DNA from: Candidatus Woesearchaeota archaeon
GTDB taxonomy: Archaea; Nanobdellota; Nanobdellia; SCGC-AAA011-G17; JAGVZF01
Assembly (NCBI GenBank): GCA_964549185.1
Contig: CAZJUI010000001.1
Span: 850-64,849, forward strand
Length of the DNA stretch: 64,000 nucleotides
Reading direction: 5' to 3'
Part shown: one piece after another, positions 56,645 through 64,000 of the stretch
How the letters are laid out: each line of letters starts with the position of its first letter
Numbering within the stretch: the first letter of the stretch is position 1
Made by a program: the position numbers and the translations under genes
The notes under the pieces: generated by a model
What the model was told of the DNA's origin: nothing
What the model saw: the letters and a program-made list of their open reading frames with translations, nothing else
The model's database searches: none

Positions 56645-57164
56645 TGCCCTTTATTATTACATGGTTTCTTTCTATTTCTTTTATTAATAAATTTGATTTA
56701 TCATATCTTCCTATTTTAACACTTAATTTTGAATCTATTAAACTAATTTCTTCTTTTATTTTTTTGCTATCTGTTTCAATATAAACATCAATATCACTAT
56801 TTAATTTAGCAATCCCTTTTGCATATGAACCAAATAAGATAGCAAGTTTTATATCTTTATTGTTTTGAATTTTCTCTATTATCCTTCTTAAATTTGGATA
56901 TTTCTTTAATAATTTGTTTAACTTATAGTTTTCGGCAGAAAAAGCAAAGTTTTTGGCTTCTATTGTTTTTTTTAAAAAATACTTTTTGTTTTTTCCTTCT
57001 CGTTTATAGTCTACAATATTTTCTTTATATAATCCTTTTATTTTCCTTACTATTATCATATGATTCGTATTTAATTTTCTAGCAAGCTCTCTTATATGAT
57101 ATTCTCCATTTAATAATTCATTTATGATTTCTAATTTGTAACTTTTTAGTTCCATATGTAACAA
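56598..57164 (-). CDS. wHTH plus nucleotidyltransferase-domain protein (MNT-like antitoxin component).
   Basis: N-terminal ELARKLNTNHMIIVRKI (HTH). The central LAILFGSYAKGIAKLNSDIDVYIE is the GSx(n)DxD NTase motif. Confidence 0.65.
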   Translation of the reverse strand: MLHMELKSYKLEIINELLNGEYHIRELARKLNTNHMIIVRKIKGLYKENIVDYKREGKNKKYFLKKTIEAKNFAFSAENYKLNKLLKKYPNLRRIIEKIQNNKDIKLAILFGSYAKGIAKLNSDIDVYIETDSKKIKEEISLIDSKLSVKIGRYDKSNLLIKEIERNHVIIKGIEIYYERNKFFEETS

Positions 57165-57291
57165 TTACATTACAATAGTATTTAAGGCTTCCGATTAGCG
57201 ATATTGTTGAGAAAACTAATCTATTAGCAATTAACCATTTTTATTATAAGCGAAAGATTTATCTAGATAATAGCAATTATTATAAGATTAT

Positions 57292-57489
57292 ATGAAAAAA
57301 ATAAAATATCAAAAGAATAAGGCTGTAGAACTTTATAAAATAAAAAAAGTAAGCTTAGGCTTAGGTGCTAAACTTGCGGGAGTCTCATTAAGTGAATTTA
57401 TTGATTTACTCAAAGAGCATAATATTTATTTGAATTTAGATAAAGAAGATATTGAAAGTGCAATTAAAACAGCAAGAAAAGTAATATAA
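57292..57489 (+). CDS. Small HTH-like protein, possibly an orphan UPF0175-type antitoxin.
   Basis: 65 aa. GLGAKLAGVSLSEFIDLLKEHNI resembles UPF0175 antitoxin helices. No PIN toxin lies adjacent. Confidence 0.3.
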   Translation: MKKIKYQKNKAVELYKIKKVSLGLGAKLAGVSLSEFIDLLKEHNIYLNLDKEDIESAIKTARKVI

Positions 57490-57494
57490 GAAGA

Positions 57495-57746
57495 CTAAGC
57501 AACTCTTTTAATTTTCCCAGACTTTACATCTTCTAATCCGTCTTTAAATTGTTTAACTAAATCATAATCAATTTTCTTATTTTTTCTTAATTTTCTATAT
57601 TTAGCTGCTAACACTTTTAATTGATTCATATCCATAATCTCTTCACCACAACTAGAACATCTATAAGCTTCAAATTCTACTCCATCCTTTTCTATCTTAT
57701 CATTTACCTTTTCCATTTTTCCTTTATTGCATATTGGACATTTCAT
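57495..57746 (-). CDS. YgiT/MqsA-type zinc-ribbon small protein, paralog of the ORF at 28411.
   Basis: MKCPICNKGKMEKV...YRCSSCGEEIMD. 83 aa. Its ATG overlaps the TGA of the upstream GT2 in an ATGA arrangement. Confidence 0.55.
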   Translation of the reverse strand: MKCPICNKGKMEKVNDKIEKDGVEFEAYRCSSCGEEIMDMNQLKVLAAKYRKLRKNKKIDYDLVKQFKDGLEDVKSGKIKRVA

Positions 57747-58702
57747 TTTTGTAACTTCTGATTAGCTTGCATATCAAATAACATTGCAAACAAGAAGAAT
57801 TGCAATCCTGTTATTATAAATAAAGCAGATAATATTGTCTCATTTGTTGGTGCAGTAGATATAATTGCAAAATACAATGCTCTTATTCCCAAGATTATTC
57901 CTATCGGTATAAATAATAATCCAAAGAAATAAAAAAATACTAATGGATGAAATTCTTGAAATAAATATTTATTTTTTAATCTCCAAAAAAATCTTTTAAT
58001 CAATAAAGGAGCCATTCTTCTTATATATTTTCCAATCTTAATTTGAGATTGCCTTTCTCCAGGTAAATAAATTGCTCTTCTAGGAACATCTTTTACTCTT
58101 AAATTATATCTATTAAAAACAACTAAGAAATCAGAAACATAACCATAACCACCCCAAACTTCTTTCCAATCAATTAAATCTACTGCTTTTTTTGATATTG
58201 CTGTATATCCATCCTGCGTGTCAAATATTCCCCAATAACCAGAAGCAAATTTTGTCATGAAAGATAACATTGAATTTCCAAAAAATCTTTTTCCAGGCAT
58301 TACATTAAAAGCACTTGCATTCACACCAAGAAATCTATTGCCTTTAACATAATCTGCTTCATCTTTCACAAAAGGTTCAAGAAAATTTGGTAAATCAGCT
58401 AGGTCCATTTGATTATCACCACCAATAACAACAGCAACATCATAGCCATATCTTGAAGCTTTTTGATATCCTGCTATAATTCCATGTCCAGGACCTCTTG
58501 GATATTTCTTATCATGAAACTTTACTAATTCCACTCTTTTATCTTTCCAGTTTTTTACAATTTCAGCTGTTTTATCTGTGGAAGCATCATCCATAACATA
58601 AACTTTATCTATTGTTTTAGGAACATTTTCTAAAGTTGGAACTATTAATCTTTCTTCATTATGAGCAGGCATTACTAATGCTACTTTTAGTTTCTTGTAC
58701 AT
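57743..58702 (-). CDS. Membrane-anchored GT2 glycosyltransferase (Dol-P-hexose synthase type, AglD/AglJ/GtrB-like).
   Basis: The N-terminus LKVALVMPAHNEERLIVPTL...VYVMDDASTDKT is GT2. Two C-terminal TM helices are present (LVFFYFFGLLFIPIGIILG, ALFIITGLQFFLFAMLF). Confidence 0.75.
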   Translation of the reverse strand: MYKKLKVALVMPAHNEERLIVPTLENVPKTIDKVYVMDDASTDKTAEIVKNWKDKRVELVKFHDKKYPRGPGHGIIAGYQKASRYGYDVAVVIGGDNQMDLADLPNFLEPFVKDEADYVKGNRFLGVNASAFNVMPGKRFFGNSMLSFMTKFASGYWGIFDTQDGYTAISKKAVDLIDWKEVWGGYGYVSDFLVVFNRYNLRVKDVPRRAIYLPGERQSQIKIGKYIRRMAPLLIKRFFWRLKNKYLFQEFHPLVFFYFFGLLFIPIGIILGIRALYFAIISTAPTNETILSALFIITGLQFFLFAMLFDMQANQKLQK

Positions 58703-58790
58703 CGATACTAAATAATAAGAAAAATTTATAAAGGTAACTAATTAAAATGATTTAGATAGGTTTAAATAATTTTTTATATTAATTATTGAT

Positions 58791-59180
58791 ATGACAATTG
58801 AAGATTTAATCAATAGATCCAAAATTGAACTTGAAGGAAAAGTTTTTGACATACAAAAATCAGTAAAAAGCAATCCATATAACTTTGTTAGAAACCCTCT
58901 TACTTCTGCACACGAAACAGCCCAATATGTATATTTTATTGAAACAACTGATGGAATAAAAATGGTTGACTTTCCAGAATCTTCAGAAGAACGACAATTT
59001 TCTAGTGATTTACAATTTTTGGAATGGCGAAGGAGAATGATAGGATCATTAGTTAGATATACAAGAATTCCTAGTAAATTTTTTCCGGGGGACAGAGAAT
59101 ATGGCATAAATTATAAGCTTGATGTTCTTGAAGGAGAATTAAAAGGAACTTATGAAGAATCTGTTTGGTGGGTTATATAA
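58791..59180 (+). CDS. Hypothetical protein.
   Basis: 129 aa with a balanced charged composition. I prefer it over the overlapping antisense ORF 58742..59107. Confidence 0.3.
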   Translation: MTIEDLINRSKIELEGKVFDIQKSVKSNPYNFVRNPLTSAHETAQYVYFIETTDGIKMVDFPESSEERQFSSDLQFLEWRRRMIGSLVRYTRIPSKFFPGDREYGINYKLDVLEGELKGTYEESVWWVI

Positions 59181-59255
59181 TATTAATAGAGAAAAACTTA
59201 AAAAGCTATCTATATAATAGTAAATGTTATAAATTTATTCTCGTTTCTTAAATAA

Positions 59256-60173
59256 ATGCTAAGAGTAGGATTAGTCGGATTAGGTGGAATTTCAAAGTAT
59301 TATTTAAGTGCATTACAAACAAATCCAGAATTACAATTAAAAGCAGTTTGTGATATTGATCCAGAAAAACTTCAAGATGTTGCAGTTAATGGAGTTAGTG
59401 GATTTACAAGTTTAGATGATTTTCTTGCTAATTCTTATGTTGATGCTGTTATAATAACATTACCAAATTATCTTCATCATCAATCTGTAAGAAATGCATT
59501 AACAGCCGGATTGCACGTCCTTGTTGAAAAGCCATTAACAACTAATGTAAAAGAATCAGAAGATTTAGTAAGAACATCAGAACAAACTAAAAGAGTTTTG
59601 TTTACAGCATTCCATCGAAGATATAATAGAAATTTTGAAGATTTAATAGAAAATCCAACTAGATATGGAAGAATAACAAGTTTCAAAGCAAGATATCTGG
59701 AAAAGATAGAAGATCATTCTGCTGATGATAGTTGGTATTTAGATGTTAAAAAATGTGGTGGCGGATGTGTAATTGATAATGGAATAAATGTTATAGATTT
59801 ACTTAGTCATATTCTTGGGCCTTTAACTGTAGAAGATTCTAGAGTAACTTATGATACTCGAGGAATAGATATGCAAGCTTTAATCACGTTTGGATTTGCT
59901 CACGGTCATGGAACTTTAGAATTGGATTGGGCTTATGCAAAAGGTGAAGCAAAAGATGTTTCATTTGTAAAAGAAGATGGCTTTACAATGTATCGTGATA
60001 TGTTATCAAGATCAAGAGAATTTAAAGGAAGTTTATGGCATGAGTATGAAAGATTATTAAAAGATTTTGCTGAAAGTGTGAAAACTGGAAGAGATCATGG
60101 AGAAAAAGGTTTAGAAGCTCAAAAAACAATTGCTAATTGTTATGCAAGGGGTGAAAGTAATGCCAGAAGTTAA
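59256..60173 (+). CDS. Gfo/Idh/MocA-family NAD(P)-dependent oxidoreductase (WbpB-like sugar dehydrogenase candidate).
   Basis: The N-terminus MLRVGLVGLGGISKYY is a Rossmann GxGxxG. ITLPNYLHHQ and EKPL are typical family blocks. Confidence 0.75.
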   Translation: MLRVGLVGLGGISKYYLSALQTNPELQLKAVCDIDPEKLQDVAVNGVSGFTSLDDFLANSYVDAVIITLPNYLHHQSVRNALTAGLHVLVEKPLTTNVKESEDLVRTSEQTKRVLFTAFHRRYNRNFEDLIENPTRYGRITSFKARYLEKIEDHSADDSWYLDVKKCGGGCVIDNGINVIDLLSHILGPLTVEDSRVTYDTRGIDMQALITFGFAHGHGTLELDWAYAKGEAKDVSFVKEDGFTMYRDMLSRSREFKGSLWHEYERLLKDFAESVKTGRDHGEKGLEAQKTIANCYARGESNARS

Positions 60174-61098
60174 ACCAATAGAAATGCGTTTATGTGATGT
60201 TTATCCTAGAATACCTCTTGGAGATAATTTTGTTGTAAGAATTATAGATACAAAGGAAAATCTTTCTTTACCAGAAGATGTCGAAGCAAGAGTAAGAACA
60301 ACATGGAATAAATTTACGGCTGTAAAAAAAACTGCAACAGATGGCTTAGCTGCATATCTAGATTCTTATTTTAGAGATGATCAAATATTATCAGAAGTAT
60401 TGGTTAGCCGTTATAGATACACTTTACATTTTGCAAGAAGAGATATTGATATGGAAGATACAAGTTTTGCAGATCAATTTAAAGTTTTTCCATTTACAAC
60501 ATTTATTTTAATAGGATCAAATAGAGAAGAGAAAGCTCTTTTTGGTTATAAACATGATTATGGTGCTAATACTGTTTCAGGTTTTGGTTCTATAGTCTCA
60601 GCAAATGATATTCCAGAAAATCAAGCAAGTTTAAGCCATCATGTTAATAGGGTATTAAATGGTGAGCTTGGTTCAGATCTTGCGCAAAGAGTAACTGGGA
60701 TTTATACAACTGGACTTAACTTTTCGCCTACTATAAGATCATTAGATGGATCTGGAGAAATTGTTGGACCACGAGAATTTGATGTTGTTTGTTATGTAAC
60801 TCTAGATGGAACTATAGATAATCTAGCAAAACTAATGGAAGCAAATGAGCAATTTAAAAAAGAATTAATTCCAGTAAGCTTAGATAAAGAAAGTTTATTT
60901 GGATTTTTGCAAAATGAAAAATTTAAACATACAAAAAGTTGTGTAGCTGGAATTTTATCTTATCTTCTTAGCAATAGAGATGAAAGAGATAAGTCTAGAT
61001 TACTAAAAGAATATTCTAAATTTGGCAGGGTTAATGTTGAATTATTATCTCCACATTTAAATGGAGTCGTTGATAAAAGAGTTACTAGTTTATTTTAA
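60160..61098 (+). CDS. Hypothetical protein.
   Basis: About 312 aa. I chose ATG 60160, preceded by GGGGTGA, over the track's TTG at 60130. It overlaps the upstream gene by 14 nt. No motif recognised. Confidence 0.35.
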   Translation: MPEVKPIEMRLCDVYPRIPLGDNFVVRIIDTKENLSLPEDVEARVRTTWNKFTAVKKTATDGLAAYLDSYFRDDQILSEVLVSRYRYTLHFARRDIDMEDTSFADQFKVFPFTTFILIGSNREEKALFGYKHDYGANTVSGFGSIVSANDIPENQASLSHHVNRVLNGELGSDLAQRVTGIYTTGLNFSPTIRSLDGSGEIVGPREFDVVCYVTLDGTIDNLAKLMEANEQFKKELIPVSLDKESLFGFLQNEKFKHTKSCVAGILSYLLSNRDERDKSRLLKEYSKFGRVNVELLSPHLNGVVDKRVTSLF

Positions 61099-61115
61099 TA
61101 TTTTTATTACATATC

Positions 61116-61565
61116 TCAAGTCTTATTTGTACTCATATACATTTCAGGCACATTAAAAAAGTTTTTAGCCAAATTACGTAATCTTTCTTCATGGTGTGTT
61201 ATAAAAGGATCATTTTCATCAGGCTGGTTAGCATTTGGATGACTTATGTATAACCTTGAACCTGGTGCTCTTTCAAGCATTAGTCCATAAATAAAAAATG
61301 CCATTACATCTACATTTTCTCCTTTTCTATCTTTAATGGTGACTTTTGCATCTAATTTACCGTGATCAAAGTTAAATAAGCCAGGTTGATAATTAAAATC
61401 TCTATACCATACAATTTCTCCGTGCAAACTTTTTTCTATTATATCATCATATGCTCTATTCAATACACTTTCAGCAAAAAATTTAAATTTTGCACTATCA
61501 ACTACTTCTTCAAGTCCTTTAAACAAAATTGAAGCTACATGGTTTTTTCTTTCTGATTGGGTCAT
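61116..61565 (-). CDS. Hypothetical protein.
   Basis: 149-aa soluble protein with no recognised motif. Confidence 0.3.
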   Translation of the reverse strand: MTQSERKNHVASILFKGLEEVVDSAKFKFFAESVLNRAYDDIIEKSLHGEIVWYRDFNYQPGLFNFDHGKLDAKVTIKDRKGENVDVMAFFIYGLMLERAPGSRLYISHPNANQPDENDPFITHHEERLRNLAKNFFNVPEMYMSTNKT

Positions 61566-61601
61566 TTTAATTAATTATATAGTAAAAATATTATCTACTA
61601 A

Positions 61602-62101
61602 CTATCTTTTTATATAAATTCTTTGATATCTTTGAAGCCACCCATTCCTATTAAAATCATTAAGGACTTCTGGTACTCTTTCTGATGATAAATATAATCC
61701 TATAGATGGAGCATATTTATATTGTTCGTTAGGTAAAAAAGCAAATTTTGGGGGGTAGTTAGACACATACTAAACTTTGAAGAGTCATAACCTGAAAGAT
61801 GTGTGCCATTTGTTAAATTTAATTTAATATTATCTCCGTTTCTTTCAAATCCCTTAAAGATTAATGGATGATCAGGTGGGTTAAGAGGACGCCATGAATT
61901 ATCACCAGGTCTCTTAGAAAAACCATCGATATTATATCTATCAAACATATGCGCAACAACTGTTTGAAATAATTCTAAATTTTCGTTTCTTAATTCAAAA
62001 ACGGTTAATGGATTTATTGGTAAAACATGTCTAAGTAAACTATCTGTATTTGCTCTTTCAATTTCTCCTCGTTCTTCTGATCTTGTTTTGCTTCCAAACA
62101 T
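61602..62101 (-). pseudogene. Hypothetical gene with a probable frameshift at a C6/G6 homopolymer (61750-61755).
   Basis: The annotated ORF 61700..62101 ends in an implausible tail (MCLTTPQNLLFYLTNNINMLHL). Shifting one base at the C-run gives a 49-codon open continuation, PKFAFLPNEQYKYAPSIGLYLSSERVPEVLNDFNRNGWLQRYQRIYIKR, that ends at 61602. This is unlikely by chance in AT-rich DNA. Confidence 0.35.
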
Positions 62102-62163
62102 ATTATTACTCCAAAATATATAATAGATAATATAGAAAGATTTAAAAGACTATCTAATCAAAT

Positions 62164-62886
62164 TTATTTTAAAATAAATATCAATATTGGCGTATATATT
62201 AATCCAATTAATATAGATATTGAAACTAAACTTGCAGCAAATTCATTATCTAAATTTTCTAATGAAGAGAATGTTAATGTATTATATCCAATAGGCGCAG
62301 CTGAAGATATTAAGATAAATAACCTATTTAATCCTTCTAAGTTAAAGATTTTTACAAACATAAAACCAAGAGCTAAACCAAAAAACATTCTAATAAATAT
62401 TCCTGAAAAAATAGATTTCATTTTAATAATTCTTGGGGAAAAATAAATGCCTAAAGCTAATAATGTTAAAGGTGTTAATATAACCCCCAAACCTTGTAAA
62501 AAATTATCAGCTATTGATGGAATTTTTATATTATTTAGATTTAATATTATTGCCAATATCAATGAAATTAATGGAGGAGATAATAAAAACTTTTTCATAA
62601 CAGTTTTTAAATTCCCTTTACCACTACCATATTTAATTGCAAGATAGTATGCAAATGCATATGATGTTAATCCATTTCCCAGGCTAAATAAATATGTCCT
62701 TGCTATCCCTTCATTTCCGTAAGCAGCAATGACAAAAGGTAATGTAAATCCAGTATTCATTATTATTGTTCCTATTAAGAAAACTCCTAAAGAACCTCCT
62801 TCAAGATGCAATAATTTCTTGCCTACAAAAAAGGATATTATAAATGTTATAAAAGATATTAAAATCGCAGTTAATGGAATAAACAT
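62164..62886 (-). CDS. Polytopic membrane transporter, AEC (auxin efflux carrier)-like.
   Basis: 240 aa with about eight hydrophobic helices. The N- and C-terminal segments resemble AEC-family permeases. It is shorter than typical members. Confidence 0.35.
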   Translation of the reverse strand: MFIPLTAILISFITFIISFFVGKKLLHLEGGSLGVFLIGTIIMNTGFTLPFVIAAYGNEGIARTYLFSLGNGLTSYAFAYYLAIKYGSGKGNLKTVMKKFLLSPPLISLILAIILNLNNIKIPSIADNFLQGLGVILTPLTLLALGIYFSPRIIKMKSIFSGIFIRMFFGLALGFMFVKIFNLEGLNRLFILISSAAPIGYNTLTFSSLENLDNEFAASLVSISILIGLIYTPILIFILK

Positions 62887-63118
62887 AAGATTAGCAGAAA
62901 GTTTAATATTTGTAATAGAAATTAAAGTTAAAGCAGGAGATGCAACGTAAAATACTAATTTTAGAAGTAAATCTCCATCTTCTTTTTTAATACTTTAACT
63001 TTTCTTAGAAAATAACCAATTATGAAAATAAAAATTATTGGAATTATCTTTATTATTAAATCATTCATTTTTATTTAAAACTGGTAAAAGTTTAAAAATA
63101 TATCTAAAAAAGAAAAAA

Positions 63119-63556
63119 TTAACCTTCTTTCATATAGGGTCTTTCACTTAACACTCTATATACACTTCCTCCTCTTTCAGGTAGTGATGGTGAAAGTATA
63201 TTTATATAACTTTTCCAATTCTTGCCTATATGATCAAGAACTTCTGCTGCAACTTCTTTTCCTTTCATTATCATGCTTGCAATATAAGCTGAAGCTAATG
63301 CCTGATTGGAAAATGTTTGTAATCTCGGACCTGAAAGGAAGTCACACAAATCAGTTGCTGTTAATCTTACAGGAGTTGGTGTTTTTTTGAATTGTGGATT
63401 TGCTTTAAATAATTCTATTGCTTTTCCAGTTGAAAGTTCAGTTTCAACAATTCCAGTTAAATCAAATCCTCTATTTGGAATTATATCTCTATAAACTAAC
63501 CCAACTGCATGCATTCCACTAACATGCTCCAAATAGTCTTTCCCCTGCTTCTCCAC
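63119..63556 (-). CDS. Hypothetical protein, possibly the C-terminal part of a split gene.
   Basis: GTG start at 63556 with a stop codon immediately upstream in frame. It overlaps the upstream ORF by 38 nt in another frame. Confidence 0.3.
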   Translation of the reverse strand: MEKQGKDYLEHVSGMHAVGLVYRDIIPNRGFDLTGIVETELSTGKAIELFKANPQFKKTPTPVRLTATDLCDFLSGPRLQTFSNQALASAYIASMIMKGKEVAAEVLDHIGKNWKSYINILSPSLPERGGSVYRVLSERPYMKEG

Positions 63557-63992
63557 TTATTAATCTTCTGAAAAAAATATCCATATCTATTCTAGTTCCA
63601 TTTTCTGTTAAATCTTGTTCATTTGCTATGCCTCCAGCAATAGAAGTCATTGCAAATTGATCAGCTCTTGGATTCTTTGGATCATGGGTTGCTTTATATC
63701 CATAAAGAACACACCATTCTCCATCTTTTTCATCTCTTGTTAATACATAGAGCATTGTTGTAAATATTCCTGCAATTCCAGTTTGAACACTTACTTTTCT
63801 ACCATTTGGCAAACCTTGCCCTCTATTAAATGCTTGATTTATACTAAAAACTCTTCTTTCAACTATAGCTTCTATCCCTACACTTGGAGAGTATTGATAA
63901 TTTTGCATATAAAATGCAGCACCGTTATGAGGTCTTTTTCCAGTTGCTTTTTCTCTTTCTGCAGAGAATATTTCCCATTCTTCATCAACCAT
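63519..63992 (-). CDS. Hypothetical protein, possibly the N-terminal part of a split gene. It may extend beyond the window.
   Basis: 157 aa. No in-frame stop occurs between the Met at 63992 and the window edge. Confidence 0.3.
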   Translation of the reverse strand: MVDEEWEIFSAEREKATGKRPHNGAAFYMQNYQYSPSVGIEAIVERRVFSINQAFNRGQGLPNGRKVSVQTGIAGIFTTMLYVLTRDEKDGEWCVLYGYKATHDPKNPRADQFAMTSIAGGIANEQDLTENGTRIDMDIFFRRLISGEAGERLFGAC

Positions 63993-64000
63993 TCTTTGGT

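Noticed and set aside
58742-59107. 121-aa minus-strand ORF overlapping the plus-strand ORF 58791..59180
   Set aside because: Only one of the two can be real. The plus-strand product has a more protein-like charged composition and fits the local gene spacing. This choice is not certain.
61745-61760. Programmed -1 ribosomal frameshift at the C6 run
   Set aside because: The run does not form a canonical X-XXY-YYZ slippery heptamer in the zero frame, and I saw no obvious downstream stem-loop. A sequencing or pseudogene frameshift is more parsimonious.
1-64000. CRISPR arrays, tRNA/rRNA genes, transposases or integrases
   Set aside because: I scanned intergenic regions (all under 270 bp) and saw no evenly spaced direct repeats of CRISPR type, no T-loop or anticodon-arm signatures, and no ORF with transposase or integrase motifs. 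None are reported.

Overview
This window is almost entirely a single very large glycan biosynthesis island, roughly 2.6 to 60.2 kb, in a visibly AT-rich genome. The genome is archaeal, judged from the gene content below.

The core is an archaeal N-glycosylation trio. It comprises the AglB/STT3 oligosaccharyltransferase (11768-14374, WWDYGY motif), an AglH-like dolichyl-P HexNAc-1-P transferase, and a MOP-family flippase.

Around this core sit the following gene sets:
- At least ten GT2, GT4 and GT9 glycosyltransferases.
- Five to six large polytopic GT-C-like membrane proteins.
- Five paralogous class I SAM methyltransferases, each next to or fused with a Dol-P-sugar-synthase-like GT2.
- Four paralogous B12-binding radical SAM proteins and one SPASM radical SAM protein.
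- A nonulosonic (sialic-like) acid sub-cluster. It has two NeuB-like synthases, one fused to a SpsF-like cytidylyltransferase, a GT2 fused to a NeuA-like CMP-sugar synthetase, and two GT-B-like proteins that share a KxHP motif.
- A bacterial-type heptose module: an HldE-domain-I kinase plus GT9 heptosyltransferase-like enzymes.
- A diacetamido-sugar enzyme set (WecB epimerase, Gfo/Idh/MocA oxidoreductase, DegT aminotransferase, hexapeptide acetyltransferase) and a carbamoyltransferase.
- A secreted, sequon-rich surface protein.

Embedded in the island are three toxin-antitoxin-like modules (one MazF/antitoxin pair and two HEPN/MNT pairs). There are also two YgiT/MqsA-type zinc-ribbon genes, each directly downstream of a glycosyltransferase gene with no recognisable toxin partner, and several unknown small genes.

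No rRNA, tRNA, CRISPR array, transposase or integrase was recognised by eye. I see two candidate homopolymer frameshifts, near 61750 and near 63545.

The most interesting unexplained points are: the repeated MTase + GT2 + GT-C modules; the radical SAM paralog set inside an N-glycan locus; the unusual fusion enzymes; the zinc-ribbon partners of glycosyltransferases; and a trio of small proteins (33513-34758) with a shared unknown domain, inserted in the nonulosonate sub-cluster.
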